Positions 15,931-32,334 are shown, counted from the stretch's first letter. The stretch: 64,000 nt of DNA from the human T2T-CHM13v2.0 reference genome, Homo sapiens (GCF_009914755.1 NC_060936.1), one strand, 5' to 3'. The notes: generated from the letters alone by a model not told the origin. Numbers and translations are program-made.

Positions 15931-17997
15931 AGATTATACATAAAAGGAATCAATTTTCTGGGCAATAAAATACACAGAATGCAAACACCACAGTTTCTGT
16001 ACATTTTTCTCTAAAAGATTTGCTTTGATTTCTTCAAAATTTCAGGGCTTCATAATCAGCAAAAGACAATCACTCATCTAGACAAACCACATAATTTGAG
16101 CTCCTTAAAGAGTCTTTCTCTCTCTTTTTTTTTCTCCTCCCTCTTTTTGCATCACAGTGTCTGGAGTACAGCAGGTGCTATATGTATAAATATTTGTCAA
16201 ATGGCATACAATCAGGATGGCTGTCCTGAGGCGGCCCCAGAAACAAGCTCACTGTCTCCTAGGGCTGTACTTGGGATGTGAGGGCAGTTTGTGGTGGGGA
16301 AGTATTCCTTGGTATATGTACCATAGCCGGTGTTTGACCTTCAGTCTTGCAGCTTCAGAACTTTTGATTTTATCCATTTGAAGAGCCTATTATTGATGGC
16401 TCAGGGACACAGTTACATTAATGTTGACAGTTTGCCTGATATATCAGAGCCAAATAATTCATTGATCTATAATGAAAAACATGAAGGTCAGAAACACAGG
16501 ACTGTTAAAGTTGTTACGATCAGCATGTGTTCTCCAAGAAGGCAGACCTACATGGGAATGAAAGCATAACTGGAGTTTACCTGGTAAATATGAAGAATGA
16601 ACAAGAGGGGTTGATTAGAGGATTCCAGTGTTTACTGGACTCAGCTAAGAGAGCCTAAGGCATCCATCTCCATAAATAAGGAAAGCCCTGCCAAAGTGCA
16701 TAGAGCAGAATTGCTCTCCCCAGGACCTTTGCCATCCAACTGTTTGCTAAGGAGGCCAACCAACGCTGCTACGATGAACACATTCATTCTTTGTATATGC
16801 TAATTATTTTAGTCTGGTTATGGTCATGTTTTATTGGTCAGATCTCTTTTAGGTGAATTTGCATATCTCTGTAAAATCCATTTTTTCAACTTTTCAAAGT
16901 TCAGTTCTTCCAAGGCAATTTTATTGGTGGGTGTTCTACTATAACTTTAGTGTACTAATGACTAACATTTTTGAAGGCCACTCAAAAGAGGTCTAGTCCC
17001 TTTATCTTCCATTGAAAATTGCTCCTAATTTTAAAGTCAATATGTAAACCACATGAAGAAAATAATTACAGTCCTTCACTCAATAAACATTTTGGGGGCA
17101 TACTTACTGTGTGCCAGCCTTGCTCTATGCAAGTTACTGTTCTAGGCAATGACATACAAAGAGGAATGATAGCTCCAACTTCAAGGAACTTGCAGGTGTG
17201 TAAACACATATGTAAATAAAAACAAGATCATAAAAGAATATCTATACAAAAAAGACTTGTAAACAAAATGATATTCAGTTCTAAACAGAAATATGAACAA
17301 ATTACTGTGGGAAGCACAGAATGAAAAAAGAGATGGCTTCACCAAGAATAAATAGATTTTTTCAAATAGACAAGATAGGGAAATGCTTCTAACAGATGAA
17401 ACCATTCATGCAAGCCCACAAAGATGTAAAGTGCCTACAAGGAATGGGGAAGGTGGTGCCCTGGAAGGCCGGAAGTGGGAACAAAGATGGGTTAGAGGAG
17501 ACACGGGCATAAGGATGAGTCTAAATTCTTCAGGGCCAGAGGTGCAGGAGACCTTTCCTACCTCCCTGGAATACTCAACTCTCCTTACTTGCCTCCTGTA
17601 CCTCTGGCTATTAATTTTCTGTCTCTTTCAGAAGCTTCAGTTTTCCTCAGTTCATTCTTTAAATCAGCAATTTAAAAAATAAGTTTTTGAATGCATAATG
17701 CATGTATGTAGCACAATATTCAAAAGCTATAAGGGCAAAGTGGAAAAAATCCTATTCCCGATAGCTAGCCACGCAGTTCTGCTCTCCTGCTTCCTGAGAC
17801 AATCACTGGACCAGCTTCCTGCACATCCTCCCAAAAAGTCTCTACATAGGCAAGCATATACGTGTATGCATGTGTGTATGTGTGTGTGCATAGGTGTGTA
17901 TGTAAGTTTTTCATATATAATTATTCACATGGAGAATAGAATATTAATGTATCTTGAATTCTTCACTCTAAAATAGATTTTGAATATCTTTCCATTT

Positions 17998-18270
17998 TGA
18001 TTCATTATTTTATTCATTTATTTGACAAGTATTTACTCAATGCCTACCATGTGCCAGGCACTCATGTGGTGAAGATACAGCAGAGGACAAAATAGGCTAA
18101 ATCTCTGTCTTATGGAACTGACATTCTAGTAGAAAAGTTGCAGGAAAAACAGACAAAAACTGAATAAGCAATGAAATATATATAGTAAGCCAGGTTGTGA
18201 TAAGAGCTGTGGAGAAAAATAAAGCTGGAAGAGTAGAAGTTGAAGAGTGGCTGTGAGGATCTAAAGGATG
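17998..18270 (-). mobile_element. L2 3' end
   Basis: ttcatttatttgacaagtatttactcaatgcctaccatgtgccaggcact. Confidence 0.75.
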
Positions 18271-18490
18271 CAGACAGCGAGCGAGAGACTTTATTGTTTA
18301 TTGGTCCAGTAGCATTCTATGATTATACCACAATTTGTATAATCAGCCTCCTTCTGATAAACATTTACATTGTTTCTAATATTTTGCTGTTCCAGTGATA
18401 AATTTGTATACAAGTCATCGGATACATTTGAGAGTATATTTGTAGATTAAAATCCTAGAGGTGGAATTGCCATTTCAAAGGGTCTGTGCA

Positions 18491-18839
<349 letters not shown>

Positions 18840-18888
18840 TAAGCTTTCTGTTCATATTCTTTAAAAAAAATTGTTCAAATTTTTGCAT

Positions 18889-18892
<4 letters not shown>

Positions 18893-18922
<30 letters not shown>
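18893..18922. repeat. (GT)15 microsatellite
   Basis: Direct reading. Confidence 0.95.
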
Positions 18923-18924
<2 letters not shown>

Positions 18925-19388
18925 GGGGATTGCTTTTGTTTGCTTTTTTTTTTTTTTTTTCATTTTTGATTTGTAGGAACTACTTAGTAAGGAATTTAGC
19001 TCTTTGTCTGAGATGTGGGTAGTAAATATTTTACCCAATTTGTCAGTTCTCTTAACTAGGTTTACAATGCATGAAGAAAACGTTTATTGTCTTGTAGTTC
19101 AATTAAACAGTCTTTTTATGGCTTCGTAATTTTTTTTTAATCTGCAATGTTTTCTTCTAGTACTTTCACAGTTTTTAACACTTATGTGCTTAGTTCATCT
19201 GAAATTCATTCTGTATGAGGTGTGAGGCATGACTCCTGACATGGTTTGGCTCTGTGTCCCCACCCAAATCTCATCTTGAATTGTAATCCCCATGTGTTGA
19301 GGGAAGGACCTGGTGGGAGGTGACTGTATCATGGGGGCAGTTTTCCCCATGCAATTCTCCTGATAATGAAGGAGTTTTCATGAGCTAT

Positions 19389-20908
19389 TGAGAGGCGACA
19401 GCATGCTGGCTGCCCTTGCAGCCCTCGCTGACTCTTGGTGCCTCCTTGGCCTCGGAGCCCACTCTGGCCGCGCTTAAGGAGCCCTTCAGCCCGCTTAAGG
19501 AGCCCTTCAGCCCGCCGCTGGACCGAGAGAGCCCTCCTCTGGGCTGGCTGAGGCCGGAGCCCGCTCCCTCGGCTTGGGGGGAGGCGTGGAGGGAGAGGCA
19601 CTGGCGGGAACCGGGGCTGCGCATGGCGCTTGCGGGCCACCTGGAGTTCCGGGTGGGCGTGGGCTTGGCAGCCCGCACTCGGAGCGGCTGGCCGGCCCTC
19701 CCGGCCTGGGCAGTGAGGGGCTTAGCACCCGGGCCAGCAGCTGTGGAGGGTGCGCCGGGTCCCCCAGCAGTGCCGGCCCACCGACCCTGCGCTCGATTTC
19801 TTGCTGGCCCTAGCTGCCTCCCTGTGGGACAGGGCTCAGGACCTGCAGCCCGCCATGCCTGAGTCTTCCCCGACCCCCAACGCCCTGGGCTCCTGCGCAG
19901 CCTGAGCCTCCCCAGGAGCGCCGCCCCCTGCTCCACAGCGCCCTGTCCCATTGACCGCCCAAGGGCTGAGGAGTCCGGGCGCACGGCGCGCGGGACTGGC
20001 AGGCAGCTCTACCTGCGCTCCCGGTGCGGGACCCACTGGGTGAAGCCAGCTGGGCTCCTGAGTCTAGTGGGGACTTGGAGAACCTTTATGTCTAGTTAAG
20101 GGATTGTTAATACACCAAGCGGCACTCTGTGTCTAGTTCAAGGTTTGTAAATGCACCAATCAGTGCTCTGCGTCTAGCTGATCTGGTGGGGACTTGGAGA
20201 ATCTTTATGTCTGGCTAAGGGATTGTGAATACACCAATCAGTACTCTGTGTCTAGCTCAGGGTTTGTAAATGCACCAATCAGCACTCTGTATCTAGCTAA
20301 TCTAGTGGGGAGGTGGAGAACTTTTGTGTCTAGCTCAGGGATTGTAAACGCACCAATCAGCACCCTGTCAAAAAGGACCACTCAGCTCTCTGTAAAACAC
20401 ACCAGTCAGCTCTCTGTAAAATGGGCCAATCAGCAGGATGTGGGTGGGGGCCAGATAAGGGAATAAAAGCAGGCTGCCCGAGCCAGCAGTGGCAACCCGC
20501 TCTGGTCACCTTCCACCGTGTGGTAGCTTTGTTGTTTCACTGTTTGCAATCCACCTTGCTATTGCTTACTCTTTGGGTCCACACTGCCTTTATGAGCTGT
20601 AATACTCACTGCGAGGGTTTGCAGCTTCACTCCTGAAGCCAGCCAGACCACGAACCCACCGGGAGGAACGAACAACTCCAGACGCGCTGCTTTAAGAGCT
20701 GTAACATTCACTGCGAAGGTCTACAGCTTCACTCTTGAAGCCAGAGAGACCACGAACCCACCAGAAGGAAGAAACTCCGAACACATCCGAACAGCATAAG
20801 GAGCAAACTCCAGACACGCTGCCTTTAAGAACTGTAACACTTACCGCTAGGGTCCGCGGCTTCATTCTTGAAGTCAGTGAGACCAAGAACCCACCAATTC
20901 CAGAAACG
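19389..20908 (+). mobile_element. LTR12 (LTR12C-like) ERV9 solo LTR
   Basis: tgagaggcgacagcatgctggc start; ccaccaattccagaaac end; ~1.52 kb; tandem CCAAT enhancer repeats; U5 repeats; 4-bp TSD ctat/atat. Confidence 0.93.
20100..20495 (+). promoter_or_regulatory. LTR12 enhancer/promoter (NF-Y, GATA, TATA-like)
   Basis: CCAAT at 20156, 20234, 20275, 20353 and 20426; GATAAG at ~20454; AATAAA TATA-like box at 20462-20467. Confidence 0.7.
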
Positions 20909-21691
20909 ATATGATGGTTTTAAAACTGGCAGTTTTTCCTGCTCACTCTGTCTCCTGTCTCCATGTAAGACGTACTCTGTTTCCCCTTCACCTTCTGCCA
21001 TGAGTTTAAGTTTCCTGAGGTCTCTCCAGCCATGCGGAACTGTAAGTCAATTAAACCTCTTTTGTTTATACATTACCCAATTTCAGGTAGTATCTTTATA
21101 GCAGTGTGAGAATGGAATAATACAGCTCCAATTCTTTTTTTTCCAACTGCTACCCAGTTGTCCCAACCCTATTTATAGAACAATTTATCTTTTCTCCGCA
21201 ATTTTGAAGTCCTACTTTTTTCATCTGCCAAATTCAAATAAGCATTTTGGTCCAATTTGGATTTTTTATTTAACTCTATTGATATGACTACTCGGTTATG
21301 CAACAAATATGTATTAAATGTGTCAGGCATTGTTCTATACATTATCAGTACCACATTTTGCAATGTTTTAGCTTATAAAATATATTTTACTGTCTGGTAG
21401 AGAAATGCATCTCATTTTACTTATTTTTAAAGAGTTTTCCTGGCGTTTCTTATTTGTTTTCCGTTTGAACTTTAGAATCAGTTTATCTGGTTCCCAAATA
21501 ATTTGGTATTTTTATTGGGATTACACTACATTTATAGATTGATTTAGGAAGATTGACATGGTTGTCATGCTAAAATTTCCTGAACGAGAACAATATGGGT
21601 CTTTTGAAACATCTTTTTTGTGTTTCCTTAGGTAGTGTTTTAATTTTCTTCACACGAATCTTTCACATTTCCTATTTTATTTTTTTCAGCT

Positions 21692-22306
<615 letters not shown>

Positions 22307-22572
22307 GTGTCTTTTTTTCAGCTTTTTAAAAATTATTTTATTGTTTCTGACAGTTTTTCATTTGGTTCTTTTTAGTTTTCCAGATAATCATAGCATCAAC
22401 AAATGACAATTTTGCTTTACTTTTTCCAATTTCAATTTTATTTATTTCTGTTATCTAATTGTGTTGGCTGAATAACAATGGTGATAAAGAAGCTCCTTTG
22501 CTTATTATTGATATTAATGGGAATGCTACTCTGCTACAAGCTTCTTTGTTATAGTTAGAAACAAAAGTCTGT

Positions 22573-22880
22573 GGCCAGGTGCTGTAGCTCATGCCTGTAA
22601 TCCCAACACTTTGGGAGGCTGAGGTGGGAGGATCGCTTAGCTCAGGAGTTCAAGACCCACCTGGGCAACATAGAAAGATCTCATCTCTACTAGAAATTTA
22701 AAAAAAAAAAAATAGCCAGACATGGTGGCATGCACTTGTAGTCCCAGCAACTCAGGAGGCTGAGGTGGGAGAATTGCTTGAGCCCAGGAAGTTGAGACTG
22801 CAGTGAGCTGTGATCATGCACTGCACTCCAGCTTAGGCAACAGAGCGAGACCCTGTCCAGAGAAAGAGAGAGAGGGAGAA
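22573..22880 (+). mobile_element. AluJ
   Basis: Dimer with GA-rich tail. Confidence 0.9.
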
Positions 22881-23630
22881 ATCTCCAATGAAAAGTTTTT
22901 AAGTCGTCAAACGTGGGGTGCTTATCAAGGACCAAAGTCTTTCAACATGAAAAGGTTTATATATAGGTATTTTCTGGTGATGGGGATTTATCATAAGAAT
23001 GTTTGGGAAAGTGAGGGGGATAAAAAACCTTGGCAGCATAGTTGCTAATTACTCTTCATCTCACTTTTTTTTGCCATCCTAACACTACAGTATCCTCACA
23101 TTTCTACACACGTAAGGTAGTCTGAAATGTACTTCCTCAAGGGTTACAGGAAAGGAAACTTAATTGATAGGAATTATACTTTCTTGCTTTGAAATTACTC
23201 ATTCCTGAATGGATGTACTGGTGAATAATGAAATTCCCAGAGAACAAGAATAGGAAAGCACTACGAGATCCAAGTGACCTGATAGTACACCAACTCATCA
23301 GTCCTTAATTAGCCAAAATTTGGCCTTGGAGACTTTTTCCTCAAACATACAAAAATTTGCCCCCACTTGACTAATCTGTCAATACTCAAGAGTTCTTGTC
23401 TAAAAACATTGCACAAAACAGAGATTGTGCAAAGGCTTTCATTTTGATCCTCCACGGTGCCTCAAATATAACAAATGTTAAAAAAAAAAAAAAAGATCTG
23501 TTGAATGAGTGAATGTCACGTAATTAGTGCACTGTGTGTGGTTTTATATTAGTGATATGTTGCAATGTATTTTGAACAATGAAAGACTTTTGTCTGACAA
23601 ATGCATTCGTTTTTAAAAGATGATAAATGT

Positions 23631-23920
23631 GGCCAGGTACGGTGGCTCACGTCTGTTATCCTAGCACTTTGGGAGGCCAAGGTGAGCGGATCACTTGAGG
23701 TCAGGAGTTTGAAACCAGCCTGGCCAACATAATGAAACCCTGTCTCTACTAAAAATACAAAAAAAATTAGCTGGGTGTGGTGGTGGGCAACTGTAATCCC
23801 AGCTACTCAGGAGGCAGAGACACAAGAATCGCTTGAATCCGGGGGATGGAGGTTGCAGTGAGCTGAGATCACACCACTGCACTTCAGCCACGGCAACAAA
23901 GTGAGACTCTGTCTCAAAAG
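23631..23920 (+). mobile_element. AluS
   Basis: TSD aaagatgataaatgt on both sides. Confidence 0.92.
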
Positions 23921-24636
23921 AAAGATGATAAATGTAGTTTCTAAATATCATATTATTATAAGAATATCATGTTTGTTGATTGCTAACAACTGGTTTTGTA
24001 CTGAAACTTTATTAACTATCATGGTGAAAATTTACTCTGTCCTCTGCTATTTTATTTTTTCTTTTCCTTTTAAAACACCCAAAAGGCACTATAACCCTCT
24101 GTTATTTATTAACGCACATATGTTGAGGTGAGGACATTTCTAAGCCCCCAAATTGCTGACTTTGCAATGTTTTAGTGTCTGTTTGTTTTTTCTTTTATGT
24201 TGCAGTGGTGCGAATAAAGAGCCGAATAACTTATGTACTACTCTACATGTGATAGGACAAAACTAAGAAAATTTTAATAGGCTGGAAAAGGTTTGTCAAA
24301 ACAATCTCTTTGGTTTAATTCTTTAAACTCTTTTTAGCTAGTCATTTGATGTGAGCCATTGCAAATAAAATGACTTAATCCTGGAAATGCAAATAATTCA
24401 TCTTCAAATCAATTGCTAGACAATAAATGATATTAAATGAATAAAATGAATTAATGGATACATAAATTCAGTATATCTTTCTCTTTGGAATTCTAACTTA
24501 CCTACCTACCTAGCTGTGGAGCTTAGAATTAGTAGATTCAACTATTGATATAGCACTAGAAAGAAATGTTTCATAAAACTTAACTCAACATTTTTATTTG
24601 AAATAGGAAAATATTCATATTTACCTTCTGAGTCAC

Positions 24637-25253
<617 letters not shown>

Positions 25254-26179
25254 CTGAGTCATCTTAAATATTTTAGAATTTCCACAAAATTAAGAAATAA
25301 GATGAAAGAAAATAAGTTTTCTATATTATGCAGTATTTTGATGGTGGCTGGTCATCAACATTCACTTAATCACTTATTCATTAAAGGGAATCCTAGGATC
25401 AGAGAACATTAGAAGCAACATTAGACATCACCTAACACAGGGCTCACAAATTGGTGGCTAGTAGATTTCAGACAGATTTTTCCTGACCAGCACATTACTT
25501 TTTTTTTTTCCTAAATATGATTTTGAACCCTTCACAAGGGTCAAGCACCTAATGGTGCTGTAGGTTCTTAAGCTCTATATTATCTCCTGGGCTTTTCGCC
25601 CAGCAGCCTCAAAAATTTTTTCCTACTTGTTTGATTCCCATGGTTATTTAATAAATGAATTCTAGTCCAACAACTCATTCTACAGATTAGACCCAGGATG
25701 TAAGTAGATATGATGTGTTAATGTTAAAAGTCAGCGTAAGGCAGCAGTTCTAAAAGCAGAGTGTGGATTCCTGGGTCTCGGGGGGATTTCTAGATGTATC
25801 AGAGGTTAGTTTCTCACATCATTATATATGGCAGTAGCCAGTATGCAAAGCTCTTTCAGGTTGCCAGGGAGAGCTTTATACTCAGGGTCTGTCTGTATGG
25901 TGATGGAGATTTATTGAAAGGATATGAGAAAGGAAGAAAAGAAACCATGGTAGCAATTGAAAGAAAAGGCCTCGGGAACTAAAGCCTAGTGTAAAATATA
26001 ACAGTGGATTCAGTAATCTTCCATTCTCATGACTTATCGGCTCCTCTGTTTCTCTCTCCACTTTTCCATCCTAGTTCACTACTCCCTGTCTCCTGGTATA
26101 TATTGTATTAAAAATCCAGAAGGAAAATATTGTTTGATTCAATTGTCACAATATAGAATCACTTTCCTTCATGGGTTAA

Positions 26180-26590
<411 letters not shown>

Positions 26591-26755
26591 ATTTATACTT
26601 TCTTAAGGTAATACTTAGCCAAACTATGTTTTACACTCTGATAATTTCTGTTCTTAATTAGTTGTATCCTGTCCCATTCTACTCTATTCATTTAGCTAGT
26701 TATGCCATGCTGAATTGATTTCATAACTGCAAGCTTGTACAACAATGCTATAGAT

Positions 26756-26910
26756 CAGTGTTTCTCAAACTTTAACGTATACACAAGTCACCTGGGGATC
26801 TCATTAAAAATGCAGATTCTGATTCAGTAGGTCTGAGATACTGCATTTCTAACAGACCTCAGTGATGCTGACACTGCCAGTCTGTGTCCCACACTGTGAG
26901 AAGTAAGCCT
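26756..26910. mobile_element. MER5-type hAT MITE
   Basis: cagtgtttctcaaactt...aaaatgcagattctgattcagtaggtctg...tgcatttctaaca. Confidence 0.8.
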
Positions 26911-26993
26911 GTAGGGAGTTTGTCTTTGGTTCTTGTGGTCCAATCCCTGGCTTAATCAGCCAAGGCCAGGGGCTTAGAATCTCATTATAAAGT

Positions 26994-27289
<296 letters not shown>

Positions 27290-27434
27290 AATCTTAGTAT
27301 AAAGTATGGAAATCTGTGCACAAAGATCTTTGGCCATTTTGTTGAGAAAGAGCTGTGGCCATGATAGGCATTCAGAACAGCAGAGACTCTTACCAAGTAC
27401 AGTGACATTTAGTTCAGATCTTAAACGTGATCAT

Positions 27435-28015
27435 GTTCATTTAATGAATATTTATTTATAGAAAATTTACTATGTGCCAGGCCCAGTTCCAGGATAAGAC
27501 AAAGTATTTCTTTTGTATTTTACATGTTAATGGAGTGAACAATTACATCTATAATTTCAGGTTATGGTAAGTGAAATGAAGAGAAATGAAGCAGGATGAA
27601 GGGAAAGATCATGGCAATGTGAGGTGTTTGAAGTGTTAGATTAGGTGCTTAGGCAATGTCTTACAAGGCCAGTGACATTTGACAGAGACCCAAATGAAGA
27701 AAGACAACCTTGGGAAGATCTAGAGGAAGGACAGCCCAGGCAGAGAGAACAGCAAGGGCACAGGTACTCAGGTGGGAAAAAAGTGATGTTGGAGGGTTCA
27801 GCAAGAAGGCAGGGCTGACTAGAGAGGAGTAAGACAGGAAAGATGAGGTCATTTAGGGAAGCAGCCCTGATCAGGGAGGACATTACAGGCTGAGCTAAGT
27901 TTGGATTTTATTCTGAAGGTGACTGGAAACACTGAAGGGTTTTTAAGCAGGGAAATGACATGAAATTGTAGTTTTAAACGACCACTGTGGTGAATTTCTG
28001 GAGAATACACTATAG
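27435..28015 (-). mobile_element. L2
   Basis: Antisense L2 3' motifs (tactatgtgccagg; gaagggtttttaagcagggaaatgacatga). Confidence 0.7.
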
Positions 28016-28017
28016 AA

Positions 28018-28260
28018 CAAGCTTGTCCAACCCATAGCCCATGGGCCACATGTGGCTCAGGATGGCTTTGAATGTGGCCCAACACAAATTTGTAAACTTT
28101 CTTAAAATATTATGATTTTTTGTGATTTTTTTTTAGCTCATCTGCTGTCATTAGTGTTAATTTATTTTATGTGTGGCCCAAGACAATTCTTCTTAAGTGT
28201 GGCCCAAGACAATTCTTCTTCCAATGTGGCCCAGGGAAGCCAAAAGATTGGACACCTCTG
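28018..28260. mobile_element. MER30 (hAT-Charlie MITE)
   Basis: caagcttgtccaacc...aaaagattggacacctctg. Confidence 0.88.
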
Positions 28261-29347
28261 CTTAGGTCAGGAGTAGAAGTATGAAGACTGGTTAAGGTGT
28301 TATAGTAATAGATCATATTGACTCATTGTGTCCACTGATTGGATTGTGCCAATTTGTTTTTTTAGAATTGGGGATAAATTGAAGTATTTAGCACTGCTGA
28401 AAGACTATAAGATTGAAAATGTAAAGATACTCATTTATATTAAGAGCTTTGTTGATAATTGACATCTAGCAATGCAGGATGCAAAATTCAACAAAGGATG
28501 GTAAAAAAATATAATAGATTTCCCTATTTTTCCATAAACCCAGATTTCTAGGTGAGCTCCAAGCCTGCACAGCATCAGCCTGACCTCCATTCCACAATGT
28601 CCAGATACCAGAGTAGGAAATTTCATCTGCCTAGAATAATCAAGTGTTCAATGTCCTGAGACTGACTTAAGTAACAGGAAATGATATGGTTTTTGTTTTA
28701 AATAATAAAGTAATAAATATTGGTTAAAGGCACCATCACCCTCATCTCTTATAGGTGGTAACCTTCTCCCTCTGGGCCGTCTTGTTCAAAACTGATTTTG
28801 CTGCTCTTATTTCTCTTATTATGCTAAATCGAAGATGTCATCATGTGGAGAATGATGTGCCATTATTTAGTATAACACAGAGAAAGAAAAAGATACCAAC
28901 ACTGCCAATTAAGTAGACATACCATCACATATAAGATGAACTTCAACTTCAGAGATATCAAAATGTGAAAAATATGTCCTTCTTAAAAGTTATGAGGTAT
29001 GTATTTTTGTCATTATCCAGCTACTCAGAAACCTAGAGGTCATTGTAGGCTACCCTCTCTCAACTCCCACATCCTATCAATAACCAGGCACTAGAATTTC
29101 TACTTCCCAAATCTCACAAATTCTTGCCTTATCTTTCACCTTGGAAAGCTCATATCTATTCTAGCCTGAACAACTTTATTAACTACCAAGTCACTCTCCA
29201 CATTAAAAGCAGAATGATAATCCAAAATATGGATCTGATAATTACAGTACTAGATTAAAAACTTCATTATTCTCTAGTTTGCTTATGGGTCAAGTTTAAT
29301 CTTTTCATAATCTAAACATACTTTGTGATCTTGATCTTGTCTCTACC

Positions 29348-29665
<318 letters not shown>

Positions 29666-29744
29666 TAAGTAGGTTCAGGAACATACAAACAAACTAGCAT
29701 GTAAAAAATGTATTACCTTCTTCTGTAGTGGCTTCCCCTTCTCC

Positions 29745-30044
29745 TTTAATTTTTTCCTTCCTTGAGACAGGGCCTCAATCTGTCACTCAGGCTGGAGTGT
29801 AGTGGTACAATTATGGCTCACTGTAGCCTTGACTTCCCAGCCTCAAGCAATCCTCCCAGCTCAGTCTCCCAAGTAGCTGGGACTACAAGTGCATGCCACC
29901 ACACCTGGCTAATTTTTGTATTTTTTGTAGAGATGGGGTTTTGCCATGTTGCTAAGGCTGGTCTCAAACTCCTGAGCTCAAGTGATCCTCCTACCTCGGC
30001 CTCCCAAAGTGTTGGAATTACAAGTATGAGCCACCTTGCCTAGC
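29745..30044 (-). mobile_element. AluJ
   Basis: Full dimer with J-type right arm. Confidence 0.9.
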
Positions 30045-30344
30045 CCCTTCTGCCTTTTCTGCCTTGAGAATGTGTACTTATCCTTCAATAATTGGTTTAA
30101 ATGTTGCCTCCTTAGTAAACGTTTTTGGTGCCCTCTGTACCCACTCTCTAAGGATCTGTTTTTTTCTTCTACAGTAGTTGACTTATGGGCCCCTCCTTTA
30201 GCCTCTATCCAATGTTATAATTGCTGGCCCTTCTGCATTGTGAGCCCCTTAAGGTCAACAAACATAATCTGTATATCATCACATCCTCAACACACAGCAT
30301 TGGTCCTGGCACACAAGTAGGCCCTTACCAAATGTTTGCCATTA

Positions 30345-30683
<339 letters not shown>

Positions 30684-31764
30684 TCACCCTTAATAAATAA
30701 TATGAGGTCTAAAGGTTAAAAATATCAATTACTCCAACTTTGAAGCGAGGGTCAGGGCTAAAGGAAAGACATGGTCCCTCTCGCCTTTCTCAGCCCCCAT
30801 TGTAAAGCCCACTGCTCTTGCATGGAATCCAGAGTACTATGGCGCCCTGATCCTGGGACCCTCTGTGGCTACGGTGGTCCCTGAAGTAAGTTTGTGAGGC
30901 AAAGAAACCTGGGTGACCATAGAATGTAGGGGTGGCTTTTTGTCAGCCACCATTGCATTCAACAAAAGTAGTCTAGATTTATAATCAGTTGATCCATGTG
31001 GCTTATCACTAGAAATTATTTTATGAAATATCAATCAACGTTTCAAAAAATCGTAATTGGTAATTTTCAAAGTTATTCACCCATACTGTGAATGGGCAAT
31101 AGCCCCTGTAAACCTTTTCTCTATGACTCTCCCTTAAGAATATTGTTGTCAAAAATCAGAAAATTCCAAAGAAAACTGAATAGTTCAATGTATAAATTGT
31201 TCTTTAAATTCTTCTAAGGCCAAGGTGATGATTTTCTTTCCATTTCACATCTTTCTACACCATAGCACTTCACAGAGTGCCGGGACCTTGTGAGTACTTA
31301 ATACATGTTGATTGAAAAATGTTGAAAGAAAAATCTTACTTTGAAAAATTTTGTAACTTTAATTTTGCCTTGGGCTTGTTCCTTTCAAACTTGGATAAAT
31401 AACAGGGAAAAACATAATCAGTCTCCAAACCACTAAAATCATGACTGGCTTCCTTATGCCCCTATATTACTACAATATAAATATCACAATAAATATTCAA
31501 AGTGATGTTCAAGCAGTAGAAGATCAGAAAGCAATAGGACTATATTACAGGGAAGGCATGAGGACCCAAATTTCTTCTTATGTGGTATTACTGTAATTGT
31601 GTGGTCTACAGAGTTATAAGAGGTTTGAACAATGAGAGGGAGTATAAGGACTATTCAGGAAGTAAAGGGAGGAATAAGAAAATAATTATTTTGAGAAAGA
31701 CAATTTATATTACATCAAGCCATTTTAAAAATGCCATTTTGTAGTAAAAAGTGGTTGAAGGTAT

Positions 31765-31853
31765 GAACCTGTAATCCCAGCTACAGGAGGTTGAGGTGGG
31801 AGGATTGAGTGAGCTCCAGACTTCAACCCTGTCTCACACACACAACAAAAAAA
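31765..31853 (+). mobile_element. Alu monomer fragment
   Basis: cctgtaatcccagctac...ccctgtctc plus tail. Confidence 0.65.
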
Positions 31854-31858
31854 CGTGA

Positions 31859-32166
<308 letters not shown>

Positions 32167-32334
32167 CCGAAAGTAATTTTTAAAATAAGAGATGCGTTCA
32201 TGCAATGTTAGTGCCCTGAAGGCCTCAAAAGAAATGAAAACAGCCCTTCAGCATCTGTATCAGCCAGAGACTATGTAGCATACTGGTTAAGATATGAATG
32301 TTTTAAGCTGTTGGTTCTTTTCTCGAGAGTTTAA

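Larger units (their letters stand above)
19237..21124 (+). mobile_element. THE1-type (THE1D-like) MaLR solo LTR split by LTR12
   Basis: tgacatggtttggctctgtgtcccc start; gcagtgtgagaatggaataataca end; TSD actcc/gctcc. Confidence 0.85.

Noticed and set aside
19385-19984. 199-aa and 148-aa GC-rich ORFs
   Set aside because: They lie within LTR12 U3 and stay open because high GC content makes stops scarce; no domain recognised
20040-20860. Repeat-spacer-like arrays
   Set aside because: Normal LTR12 U3 enhancer and U5 tandem repeats; not CRISPR
23409-23432. ttgcacaa...ttgtgcaa hairpin
   Set aside because: An 8-bp stem is expected by chance in 64 kb
24502-24555. Possible minus-strand 54-nt exon (tttctag ... 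TAG|GTAAGT)
   Set aside because: Stops in all frames, competing tandem donors and AT-rich background; too weak without expression data
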